In this document: one piece after another, positions 14,727 to 64,000 of the stretch
How the letters are laid out: the number at the start of each line of letters is the position of its first letter
Numbering within the stretch: the first letter of the stretch is position 1
DNA from: Schmidtea polychroa
Taxonomy: Eukaryota
Assembly (NCBI GenBank): GCA_044892525.1
Contig: CM097885.1
Span: 17,982,001-18,046,000 of the forward strand
DNA: 64,000 nt
Direction: 5' to 3'
Position numbers and translations under genes: made by a program
Notes under the pieces: generated by a model
Database searches by the model: none
What the model was told of the DNA's origin: nothing
Seen by the model: only the letters and a program-made list of their open reading frames with translations

Positions 14727-15299
14727 TAAAATGATGATTTCTTGGTAGCAGCATTTATTATTTAAAACAATAAAATGATAATTTAAGTCTTTTGCTGCAA
14801 ATAATGTATTTAATGAAAAAATTTACGACTATAAGATAGTCCTTGTCAATCTCCTGGAATTTAGCAATTTTCTTCCCCAAAATACGTTTTCAATCTTTCT
14901 TTTATTTTCTTTCTCTTAATTCTCATTGGTTGTAAATATAATGAATTGTTTTATTAAAAACTTTTAAAATTTTTACTGAAAATTAAAATTAAAAATAATA
15001 AAATAAAATAAATACCATTTAAAATTCCAAAATGACACAAACTAAAAATTTTTAAATTTTTTTATACAGCTTTTATAATTAGCTTCTAGAAGCCTAATAA
15101 AATATTTCAAAATATTCTAAATAAAGCCTCCAATAACCACTTATATATGCTATTTAAATATTTCAATAAATGTGTCAATTTTGATTTTCAAACCCTATTT
15201 TTTTTTAAATTTTCTATATTATTCTAATTATTACTTTTTAATTTATTCTATTTTTTAATTTCTTTATATATTGTCAGTTATTCTCAAGGTCAATGAAAA

Positions 15300-16530
15300 C
15301 AGATCAAATTCATGATTTCATCGATTTCTTCTTTAGTGTTGATTTTTGGCCGTCTGTTTATGATGAGAATCGCTTCTTTGAATCTGACATTTTTTATTTG
15401 ATGTTTCCATTAGCTATGGTTTCGATTGAAATATTTTTTCTTTCCTCTGTTGGTTGACATTGTTGCAGATATCTGTTTATCGAGGATGTTCCACCAGGAT
15501 CTAGATGTTCTTTAACTCTTTGGTGCAAGGTCCTGAGGGTACTTCCAATGTAGATTTCATTGCATACGTTGCACGTGATGCAATAGACGATGTTTTTTCT
15601 AAAGCACATATCTTTTGGTGTCTGGCAGTTTTTCATTGTGCAATTGTTTTCTCAATTTATGTTACCTGCCAGAGCCCTTCTCAATGTCCAAGATTTATGT
15701 GCTATCAGAATTGGAAGACCGGTACGTTTAAGTTCTTTCAGGATCTTGAAGTCGAGTATGTCACTGATGAACGGGATATTCAGATAGAAATATTTTTGAT
15801 TCTTTTGTGTTAATTCCCTAGATCTTCTTGGGGTAGAATTCATTCTTTCAATGTCCTCACCTTGGTATCCGTTTAGGTGTAGGATTTTATTGAAATTTGA
15901 TTGTTCTTTAAAGTTTTCATTTTTTCCGTGCATCGATTGGCTATTCTTCGTTTCTCGTGTCTTATGACATGCACTTTCTGTAAGTAATGAAGCGCTGATC
16001 TTTGGTGCATAAATATTTCTTTGCGAGCTGGTTTTCTGTAGAACCCGTATGTTGGAGTATTTAGTTCTATTTTAATTCTCAAATCCAATAAATTGAGGGA
16101 TCCATCTTCTTTCGGATATTCGATTTCGAACTTTATATCTCGGTGAACCGCATTGAATGTATGAAATATTTCCTCCGCTTCTTTTCTGCTTTTGGTCGTG
16201 ATGAAGATATCATCTACATATCTTGCATAGAAACCGATGGGTTGTATGGTCCTCAGTATCTGTCGTTTGAGGTTATCCATAAAGATGATTGCTAGCAGTT
16301 ATGATATGCTAGAACCTAAAGACAGACCTTTAACTTGTTTATATATATTTTGCTCAAAGGTAAAATGGGTGTTCTCGAGGATAACAGTAAGCAGTTTGGT
16401 GATATTCTCGATATTCATTTCCTTTATTAACAAGTTGCTTTCTCTTAATTTCTTTTCTAAACATTGAATAGCCTCTTTTGGTTCGTTAAATGTGTATAAT
16501 GATACGACATCAAGACTGAATGGGTATTTG
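15300..16530 (-). mobile_element. Penelope-like retroelement, 5'-truncated and frameshifted (RT plus GIY-YIG endonuclease)
   Basis: FSLDVVSLYT, YARYVDDIFI, LNLLDL, FYRKP; C-terminal NIVYCITCNVCNEIYIGSTLRTLHQRVKEH. Confidence 0.93.
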
Positions 16531-16579
16531 AATTATAATAAAACAATTATTATCATTAAATTATCATTTTATTGTTTTA

Positions 16580-16828
<249 letters not shown>

Positions 16829-16999
16829 AATTCAGTGAGAAACAGTCATTAACATTCACAATTGTTTGAAACCGGCTATTCGGATTTTCCCACTTTATTC
16901 GAACTGTAACGTATAAATCAGGGACCCGCATAAAGTCACTGATGATTTATTGCGTGGAATGCGTTATAAAATATATCGAAATCCCAACTTGATTAATGA

Positions 17000-17800
<801 letters not shown>

Positions 17801-18369
17801 AAAAAGATCTTTAACTTTATAAATTGTTTTCTGATAATGAAACGCTGTGTAATTTTCAGGTTTTCGGAATTTCTTTTTTATCAAAAAAAAATTTTAACAG
17901 TATATTTTTATTTAAATTTGAAATTTTCAAAATATTAATTGTAATAAAATTTTAGTCATATTTCGGTTTTTCCCGTTTGGATGAAATATCTTCAGGCCTT
18001 AGAAATATTAAAAATTATTTGAATATAGTTTAAAAGTTATTTCCGTTGTTTAAATTTTCTTATGTAAAAGACAGAAAAAAACTTTTATGAATTTAGGTTT
18101 AAAAATGTAAGTTGAAAGGATGAAGTCAGATGGTATTATTTAAAATTGCTTTTTAATCTCTATGAATTTTTGAAGCTCACACTTGTTCTCCCTTGAGTAC
18201 CTAATGTACTTCCAATTTATACCAAATTTTAATATCTACAATTTATTTATTAATACTATTTATTTGTATTTTATTTTTAAAAATTACTATAATAAGTATA
18301 TAGTAATTAATTATACTATTTTTAGTAATTTTATTTATACTTATTATTTTTTTACTCAAATTAGCCCTT

Positions 18370-18860
18370 TTGGCTATCGTTTCATCGGATTCAACTCCAA
18401 TACCTTCATTAATTCAAAATGTATTTCATCCGGACTTAATTTAATGTCTTGATAAATATATAACAAAGCCAAACCGTTTGAACCTTTTTCATCCATGGTA
18501 TTACTAACACAAGTAAATGTGTCAAATACGGAAAAGTGGGAGTGGTTTGCGAACGTAGCCGAGCACAACGAAACATGTAACCGGACCGGTCAAACCGGCA
18601 CTCTTTTATGTACTGTGTTGTGCCGAAAAGACCGACAAACTACGGGAATAGCTTGCGCTAGCATAGTTGTACTGTCTTGGATTTAAAAAGACTTTACAAA
18701 AAATATAGATTGTTTTTTTTATTCTCTTGCAATTCTCATAACAAAACCAAAATCGAGATATTATTAAAATATTTCATCTCTAATTTATATTTGATAATCT
18801 ATAATTTATTTGAGGGATGGGAAAATGTCCCCTATGCCCGCCTCTTAGCTATGTCCCTGA
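18370..18860 (-). mobile_element. Non-autonomous hAT relic
   Basis: NTMDEKGSNGLALLYIYQDI resembles the hAT transposase C-terminus; CAGGG-type end at ~18859. Confidence 0.5.
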
Positions 18861-20411
18861 CGAATGGGATGTGAATTTATTGATGAGTTTTTTGATAAGT
18901 TGAATGAGATTGATGACATTTTACCTTGCATTGATCTGTTTAATTCCATTAATAATACCGAAATGAATAATACTAAATAGTTTTATAAATTAGTTTTATA
19001 AAATTTTATAAAATAATTGAAAGTGGTTCATTTTTTGCCGCTAATTCTATTATAGCTGTTCCATTTTCTGAGGTTTTTTAAATAATTAAAAACATATTGG
19101 AAGTGTACGAATTAAAATTATTTTAAAGTCTTGTAAAGTTCATGATATGATCAGTGATAAATATTTGACACATATTTAGTCTTTGTTCAAGATCTTGTAA
19201 TTAAGTTTAATTAAGTCTGTCCGTCATCTTCTTACACGAGTTCGAGAGCATATCCGATTGTGTAGAAATAATAAGACATGTAAGTTAAAAATAAACATTT
19301 CAATTTTTAAAATATTTTAAAGTGTTTCAAAAACTATTGTTAATGTATTAAGTGTGAGGCCTTGATGATAAAATCATACAATCCATTTTGAGTGTTTAAT
19401 TAATTAATTAATTTATTAATTATATAATTATGCAATTACTAATAAACCTATAAATAAATTTGTTTTTATTGAAATTGATTACTGCCATATGATGGTAGTC
19501 GAGCTGTCGAAATATATTGCAAAAATATTTAATAAACGATGTTCTCTTATTTAAATACAGAATAATTGACATTCACAAAAAACATTTACACATTGAATGA
19601 AAATATATCGAATTTAATGTGAAAAGTTGCTAATTTTCAAAAAATGTTACAAATATCATTGACAAAGCTTTTTAAATGGCTTAAAATATTTTCTAAAATG
19701 TTTTTAGATATTTTTATAAATGTTTTATACTCGTTTAATACAACTTTGAACGCTTCAACAAAATTAATCACTCCAGAAATTGTTTCTGTTAATGCGACAA
19801 AAACAAAAAATACTAAATAATAACATTAATGTGATTCATTCAGTCATTGATGGTCCATTTGAAACCTACAATATATCATCAACAGGTCGTAAAAAATACA
19901 CAAAAATATTATACGTGAGTTCTACAGTATAAATTATTTCTCATTAACGCGCCCCATCCGGACATATTTCTTTTATATTTTACACGTTTTCCTTTAAATC
20001 CTCAATTCGTTTCCATCCTTAAAAATTTATTTCATTTAACAATAATTCTTCTTCTATTCGTTGTATGATTTCTGATTTCAGAGTTCTGGCTTTTTTATAG
20101 TTTGTAAAATTTATATTTCCGCGTACCCTCCCAAAAAATAATAAAAAATAAATAAAATAAAATTATAGATAAAAATAAATTTATTTCAGGTAATAAATTA
20201 TTAATAGTAGATAAAAATAATATATAGATAGGTTCGTATAATCAAAAGAGTTTTTTATTATAATAAAAATCATAATAAATATTATGTATTTTGATGATTG
20301 CAAAAATTATTATCAAATATTTCATTTACATTTTAATTTTTGTAACTAAGACCAATAATGTCTTTGAATTAGCCGCTACAAAATTCCTAATTAAACCTGC
20401 AATATATAAGG

Positions 20412-20827
20412 TAAAGGTTCCCAACTTTTCTGGTGCATTGACCCCTTAATAATATTTGCCGAATTGCGGTAACCCCAACAATAAAATTAATCTGGTCGCT
20501 CCTTCTTCACCTCATTTTTGCAGCGAGATATTATGTATTTTGGTTCCGAAATAACTGATAATTGATAGGTATTATCTTATTTGGTTATGCATTTTTTTTA
20601 TAATTGAATCATAATAATCTATCTACCGAATGAATGATAATACTGTACGTAGTATACCTTAAATTAAAATGATAGTAAGAAACCCCAAAAGCGTAGCCTA
20701 ATCACAGTAGAATCTTGTAACTGGCCAATTAGCAATTGTAAAATTCTACAAAATACACGTTTTTTAATAAAAAAAATAATTTTCAGAAGATCTCATGGAA
20801 TCGTGACCCATAAGTTGGGAATCATTG
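20412..20827. mobile_element. hAT-type MITE
   Basis: Ends TAAAGGTTCCCAACTT / AAGTTGGGAATCATTG; 8-bp flanks ATATAAGG / ATTTAAGG. Confidence 0.6.
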
Positions 20828-22414
20828 ATTTAAGGTATTCATGATATCATTCTCCATTGATATTATAGGTAAATCCGTTAGACGTTGTTAAATGTAAATA
20901 ATTTTTAATCAATTTCAATTATAAAACTCCTTTCCCTTGAAGTTACAAAAATTGGTAAATGTTAAATAAATAGGCAAAGCAACAGTTATATTTGAAAAGG
21001 TGTTAGTTAGAATTTTTTAATAGTTGATGTCTAAATAAAAAAAAACAATATTCAGAAATACCTATTTTTTACTGGTACACTTCCTAATGTTGGTCAATTC
21101 ATTCCGCTTGCCACATGCATTGGAGAGAATGCCTGTCAACTGTCCACAGAAAGGATTGACCCACATTAGTGATCATTTTAGGAAATGTACCATTAAAAAA
21201 ATATTATTAAATTTGCATTTTTACTTCTGATTTTCTATTTCTATTTATTTTTATAGAAATCGAGCTGAATGATTTCCAATAGTAGCATCATGAAAATAGT
21301 TCCTTGTGATAAATTTGTGATTTTTATTTTCCTCAATATCCTATTATCAAAATCATTTTCATCTCTAAATTTGATGAGTATATATTTGCAGTGTTTTGTT
21401 AAATCGTCATTACTTCATTCTTTTAATTTGCCTTTGTCATGAATCAGCTAAAAATTTGCATTGTGTTTTTAATTGTACAAATCTTTCTGTGATTGATGTC
21501 ATTGCTGAATATAAAACCATGAAAAAAAATTTGTTTGATGCTTTATAGTCAAACATACTTTTGTTGTTCTGTTTTGAATTTCTGTATAAACAGGATCAGT
21601 TTGCTACTCCCGTCGCTTAAAAAATAAAGTTTTCAAAATTTTCATTGCCTCTGCGACTCTTCAAATTTTGGTAATAAGTTCCAGATTTTCTGTAAATTTA
21701 ATATCGGATTCCTTGGATTAATCTTAGTCGAATTCGTTAAGATCAAATCAAAAATTAATTTGACCCCACTGACTTCATGTTACAACATATCTTGAACACA
21801 TTTCATCATCAAAACGAATTACTCAACAGTATAAAGGTACACCTGATAATGTTGTCAAAATAAACTTTATTCAATCAAGACCAACGAATTCGCGACATTC
21901 AGGCAAGTTTATACAAATAATAGGTGGTAAACATTTAACCGTTTTAACATGTATCAACATTTGATGAAAGTTATGTGACAAAGTAATAAGAAATTTCCAT
22001 AAATCAAGAAAAGAACTGTTTCTTTTAAGGATCGAGGAAACTCTATTTGGAGCTATAATCGTATTTATTCTCTACTTATCAGTTATTGATACGTTGCTTG
22101 TCAAAATTTGAATTTTGTTTTTCTTCGCTATCATGGAATGTAATTTTTCTTCGTTATTTTTATTTTTAAATTTTAGCTTCATTTCATTATTTCTGTAATA
22201 TTTAAACAAAAATCTAAAATCCATCAAATTGATAATAGCATTTGGACTCCCTTAATGCCAATTCAGTTCTCTCATAATAGAGATATACAAAAACAGCTAA
22301 TGAAATGGAAAAATAAATACTTCCTCATTAAATGATACCCAATTTCAATAAAACCAATTCAAAATAAAGAGGAGCAAACAAACATTAAATGCACAAATTC
22401 CCGAACTCAGAAAC

Positions 22415-58557
<36,143 letters not shown>

Positions 58558-61214
58558 CTGTGAAATAACATAAATTTTCTTTAAAATATGTCTTAAAAAG
58601 AAACAATTTCAAAAAGATTAATAAAGTTGTTTGAAATCTTGATAGTAAAATGATTAAAACAAACAAACGGAATATTAAAATATTTGTATTGTAAAAAAAT
58701 AATTGGTTAATTTTGTTGGAGATACACAAAATGTATGGAAAACTACAAATTAACAAAATCAATTACAAATGAATTAAAATTTGAAAAGAGTATAAATCAC
58801 CATTGTGAGAAAAAGTGATAGCGAGTGGTAAATTAAATTTAAAATTAATGAGAGATTCCCAGACGATTTAAAACCAAAAAAGAAATATTTTTATTTAGTT
58901 AGCTGACTATTTTAAGGCAAGCCCACAAATTATGAAGAATCTAACTGAAGATCAGCTTAGTTAGTCAATAAATAAAATCAGATGAAAATAAATTCACATC
59001 GACTGTCTTATACTTGCGGCTAACCTACTTGGGTGATAAATCATGCATCAATGTTCGACCTCATATGGTATGGGTAACAAATAGGACAGCGCCAGTTTAA
59101 AAACATGATATAAGGGGATAATTTGTAGTAATACTAAGATTAAATAGTTAAAGTGACCAGTGGTTGAATTAAAAGAGAAACTAGAGATGAGATGAAGGCA
59201 AGTTGTTATCAAAACCAGATTTTAAGATGATAGTAAAAGGGTGAAATCGATTGGTGTCTACCCAACTAATATCAATTGTCAAATTTTCAAATGTATTCAG
59301 TTTTGTTAGAAATAAAATTATTTTCTTGTTCGAGTTTTATTTGCTTAATTATTGAACGTGAAGAGCCAGACCGAAAGCTGATTTCTTTCGGCAAATTATT
59401 AATATCCCAAAAATTTCATAAAAAGAATAAACAAATCAAATTATATATTGCAGAAATTTTCAGATTACTTAACCAAATATGGCAAGTTTCAGTAATTAAA
59501 ATTCGAAAAATATCACTAATTGGAATAAACAAAATTCATTAAACATTGTTTATATAATATTAATTTTAAAACTATAAAAATATGAAAATTAAAATTTGTC
59601 ATATTATAGATATTTAAGAAAATCAAGAAAGAATGATTAAATGATGATTAGGAAATATTCCTATGAAAATAGACAAAAATATAGTGAAATAAAAAGAAAA
59701 TAAATTTAATTTATTAAAAAAAGAGTTTGAAGAATATAAATCAGTAATATATCGATGTTTGTTGATGGTCACAAATTTTCGGCACTGCCTTTTTCAAATT
59801 CATTTGCGAAAAATAATCAGTGGTGAAATTGGAAGAAATAAAAGTTCTTATAATATAATAAATTTAATATATAGTCTGATTATTTTAAACAAACAATCGA
59901 ATGCGTGACAACAACTAATTCTGGGAGTGATGTATCACGTGTATGGTATTATCGTGGTGAAAAAAAAAATAATTTTATTTAATTTAAAACTTTTCAAATG
60001 GATTCGCAAAACATCGACAGAAGGTAGGTATACGCCCGTCTTTAGTTTCATGTCCCATTAGTTAATATCTAATATAAGTAAAAAGTCTGTAATTTTGGTT
60101 CTAAGTCATAATTTAATTTACTACATCAAACGACAGTTAAATTCTTTGAACGCCTGTTCGTTGCATTTTCCTTTAGAGCGCCTTTATCTTCATTCAAGTC
60201 TCCTCCCTCTGCGTATAAACTGCTTGTATGGTTTCCTGATCGTGCATTCTACTAGTAGTAATACATTTTTCAACCGAAATGGCAAAACAAATTAAGTTTA
60301 ATCATTCAAATTTTTGTACTTCATAACTAACAATGAAAAACTATTACATTAAAAAAGTCTCAAACCATTACTTTTAAAAGAAATTTTTTTATTTATTTAT
60401 CCTCATATCACAACTGATCAGAGAGGAATTTTGGGTGTTTTGATTTCCCCAAAATTTCAGCAGGGATACCTGTTCACGCTTTCTTCCGATCACAACGATG
60501 TCCATGCTATTGACCTACCCGTTGAACTTACCGGGTCTTTGGTTCTGCCACTTTTTGATTTAGGTGAATCGCATGATATATTATCAAGGAATTTCTGAAT
60601 CCACTAGTCTAATCTGGTGTCTCAGCGCAAAACCCAGGTTTCAGGTGTCGACTCTGAATCTCCTCCATGTCTGTTCGTTCACCGAGATCCTGCAAGGATC
60701 TCTTTGCCGTATCATTTATCTATGATTACAGTTTTTATGTATCTCATGAATAATTTAAGCTTTCAACCATCATAACATCGATAATTCCCTGGGGTTCTAT
60801 TAATCTGACATCCGTTAAGGTTCGTGTAAAAATATATTTTTGTTATTCTTCTCAAAAACTTCAAATTTCTATAACACAAAATATCATCCCAAGACGTTGA
60901 GCCTTCACCCAAATAACTCTTAACTATAGAGGCTATAAAATTACAAAAAAATATTAGTAATTTACGCAGCTGTAAACTTTTACCACCGATTTCTCAAAGA
61001 CACTTCTTCAGCTTTGCACCATTTACCTGTTTGGTCAGCGGCCACAAAAATCCAGTGTATAGTGGATTAAAGAAACAATTAGTTCATTCGAAAAAGTAAA
61101 GAGTAAGTGGACTCAATAAAATTACCAAATTCTAAACTTGAAATTATATTAACGACTAATGTATCTAACTACACCAGTGGAGCCGTTCTCCATCAAAGTT
61201 TAGATAATAAGATA

Positions 61215-62274
61215 TGTTGAGGTCTGTAAATTAAAATTAAAAATTTAAATAAAATTTAGGATAATAATTCAAATGGAAAGTAAGCGAGGAAAAAAGGCAA
61301 ATAAAAGCGGGATCGTGTACAGAATCAATAGTAAAGGAAAGTGTGATGGAAACAGTATTAGAAAATGCAAAAAGCAATTACGAAAGGCGAGAATCCGGAA
61401 ATCCGAGAAAAATCAATAAATGGAAAAATCATCGAAATCGAATGGGAAAAACGGGACAGGTATAGATTAGCTAATGGTCAACAAGATGATGATTAGAGAT
61501 TTATCAGAAAATGGTTAGGAAGGGTCGAAAAACATTCAAATGTATGAAAACAGAAAACGTTAATTAATTAATTAATTGGCTAATGGAAAACCCGAGCTAA
61601 TGGGAAACCCGAGCCAATGGAGAACCCGAGAGATAGAGGAAACCCGAGCTGGGTAAACAAGAAGAAAGGCAAACAAAAGGAAGATTTGGGCCCATTAGCT
61701 TGACACAATGATTAATGGGAAAAGAGTAAGGAGAAGATAGCGCGCGTAGGAAGATCGATAGGGCCATTAATTATCTGGATTCGTTGGACCATTATGGGTG
61801 ACAGCCGAAGCAAATACGTAGGAGCAAATGTCAAACGAAAGATTGGCTCGGCAATAACCATTTGTCATCCTGATTTCGAGGAGTATATAAGCAAAGGGAA
61901 AATCAGAGAAAATCGGCATTTTGCCTCAGGTAGGGTAAGAAGAATCGAGAATAGTCGAGAGGTAAAAAACGAATTTAGGGAAGTAGGGAAAAGAAGAAAT
62001 AGAATTAAGAATACGGAAAGGCAGAAAGGGATCAAACCAAAGAGAAACCGAGGAAAAAGAGAGTCGGGAGAACTAAAGGAACAAAAGGTGAATATTGTTT
62101 GTTGGCAAAGCATCAACGCCGAGCGGAGAATCGTATAAAACTTTGATTGGTAATTGTAGCGTGATAATAAATTGTGAACTTGTTGTTTCAATATACGTTG
62201 GGTCGTTCATTGTTTTAATTTAAAGAACACCAGGAGTCAGAGAGAACCGACTAGAAATAACCCAAAACCCAACA
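61215..62274 (+). mobile_element. Gypsy 5' LTR (start approximate)
   Basis: TGTTG...CCCAACA, followed by a PBS; homologous to 29302-29972. Confidence 0.7.
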
Positions 62275-62281
62275 TATATTC

Positions 62282-62299
62282 TGGTGAGCCCGACGTGAT
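62282..62299 (+). promoter_or_regulatory. Primer-binding site, tRNA-Trp
   Basis: TGGTGAGCCCGACGTGAT versus the canonical Trp PBS TGGTGACCCCGACGTGAT. Confidence 0.8.
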
Positions 62300-62532
62300 T
62301 GAAAGTCGGAGGGAAATTATTGAAAGCTAGTGAAAAAGGAATTATAAAAAGAATTAGTACTGACGTGAGTGAAAGTCGGCTTAGAAGTTTGAAAATAGTG
62401 TTAACGAGATTATAAAAGGCTATTATTGGGAGATTTAAAAGAAGTTGAAAAGTAATTTTAAATTATTGTTTAACGTTTGAAGTTTAGCTCAAAGTGAACC
62501 GATACAACCTCAGAAGTCAGAAACAAGTCCAA

Positions 62533-64000
62533 ATGGCAAATGATAATGCTGTTATGCCTCTCAATAGAGAGATGATTGATTTCGCAAGTTGCCAGAAATT
62601 ACCCGTCAATCAATATGGAGGAGACCCTGTTGAATTTGCAGATTTCATGGGAGATTATTATATGTACGCCTCAGCATACGGATGGACACAAGCCATTATG
62701 GTTCAGAGATTCCCACTCTATCTGAAAGGTGCGGCAAGAGAAGCCTGGCAGCAAGTCGACAAACGAAATGTTGGCAATGATTGGACAAAATTGAAGGATG
62801 CAATGGCACTGAAACTGGTTGGTGGAGATATCAAAAGAATCATGCGACAGAAATTTTATAATCGAGTTCAAGGTCCAGATGAATCGGTCAGTGAGTTTGC
62901 TTATCATCTGACCACTTTAGCAGATAAAGCCTTTGAAGTTAAACCAGACCAAGCAGATATGGCCAAGCAGGTTAAAGAGCCATTAGAAGATCAGTTTATA
63001 ACCGGAGTCCACTCCGAAATCAAAAAAGCCCTATGTTATGTGGATTTTTCCAATTTTGATGAGCTCGTGAAGAAAGCCATGAAGATAGAGCTGAATTTAA
63101 AAAGTGCAAAAAGATCAGATGCTTTTGGAGTTAATGTGGAGAGACGTGAGCGATCAATTACGCCTGTGAGAGCACCATGGGATGAAAAGAAAATAAATCA
63201 GATCAGTAGTCCAATTTTGAGACCAAATAATAGATTTCAAGCCAGTAGATCAGCCATGAACGTACAATCAAATGGACAGGTAAATAATCCTCAATGCGAA
63301 CATTGCAAAAAGTCTGGACACTACTCAAATCAATGTTGGTTCAAATATGGGAAAAATCCCAGCCCTAACAAGAGATTCACAGAAAACAAGCGGATCAGCA
63401 GTGATGTCGAATGCTATCGATGCGGAAAGAAAGGGCATATTAGCAGAAACTGTTTTACCAGATCAAGGTCATCGTCAACGTCACCTTCACCACAAAGGGA
63501 CAAAGTGAATACAAATGGACAGATCCAATGTCATTCGTGCAAGGGATACGGCCACATGGCGCGATCATGCCCAAGGAACTCAGAAAGATTCAGCAGACCT
63601 ATCTTAAAGAAATCAATCAGATTCCAAGAAGATATGCCAAACACCAGTAACATGACATATGCTCAGAGAGAGGAATTTCAAGACAAAATGGAAAAGGAAT
63701 TTCGAGAAATGCGACAGAAGCTAAACAAACTAGTGGCGAAATTTGAATCAGATGAGGAAACTGAATCTCATATGATAATTGGAACCGTGTCAGAAGGTGA
63801 GGGAAAACCTGCCACGAAAGTGCGAAATATCGCTTCAGATGAGAATCCAACTGCACTGTTAGCCCGAGTTGAAAAATGGCTTGAGAAAATGGAAACTGAC
63901 AACTCCCAGTTGAAACGATGGATCGCAGAACTCAGTGTGATGTCACTAACCCAAAGCGAACTAAAGAGAGCCATAAATTTATGTGCAAAGTTATTCAAAG
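62533..64000 (+). CDS. gag: Gypsy Gag, open to the window edge
   Basis: FPLYLKGAAREAW, RVQGPDESVSEFA, QFITGV; three CCHC knuckles CEHCKKSGHYSNQC, CYRCGKKGHISRNC, CHSCKGYGHMARSC. Confidence 0.92.
   Translation, partial: MANDNAVMPLNREMIDFASCQKLPVNQYGGDPVEFADFMGDYYMYASAYGWTQAIMVQRFPLYLKGAAREAWQQVDKRNVGNDWTKLKDAMALKLVGGDIKRIMRQKFYNRVQGPDESVSEFAYHLTTLADKAFEVKPDQADMAKQVKEPLEDQFITGVHSEIKKALCYVDFSNFDELVKKAMKIELNLKSAKRSDAFGVNVERRERSITPVRAPWDEKKINQISSPILRPNNRFQASRSAMNVQSNGQVNNPQCEHCKKSGHYSNQCWFKYGKNPSPNKRFTENKRISSDVECYRCGKKGHISRNCFTRSRSSSTSPSPQRDKVNTNGQIQCHSCKGYGHMARSCPRNSERFSRPILKKSIRFQEDMPNTSNMTYAQREEFQDKMEKEFREMRQKLNKLVAKFESDEETESHMIIGTVSEGEGKPATKVRNIASDENPTALLARVEKWLEKMETDNSQLKRWIAELSVMSLTQSELKRAINLCAKLFK

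Noticed and set aside
61305..61350. SGIVYRINSKGKC, a GIY-YIG-like peptide
   Set aside because: Falls within the inferred LTR with no supporting RT; likely chance

Overview
AT-rich eukaryotic (animal) genomic DNA with 41-69 nt introns, many (AAT)n tracts and dense transposon debris; a flatworm-like host is inferred, not proven. The backbone is a minus-strand striatin (STRN/Cka) gene, 22415-58557. Its ~21.3 kb intron (22824-44170) holds an antisense six-exon orphan gene, LINE, hAT and LTR relics, and a nearly intact hAT-like transposon. It also holds a Gypsy relic interrupted by a Polinton/Maverick (adintovirus-like) endogenous virus at ~31845-41090. The virus keeps the usual morphogenesis block: packaging ATPase, pX-like protein, integrase, minor capsid, core protein, major capsid and adenain protease. 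No pPolB is visible. Its left arm instead carries a Bcl-2-family gene, a TATA-binding-protein homolog and three orphan genes, and several viral genes contain short spliceosomal introns. Elsewhere there are two candidate two-exon membrane microprotein genes, two Penelope-like elements, a minimal hammerhead ribozyme, many MITEs, and the 5' end of a Gypsy element (tRNA-Trp PBS, open gag) running off the right edge. All calls come from manual reading and motif recall; no searches were run.
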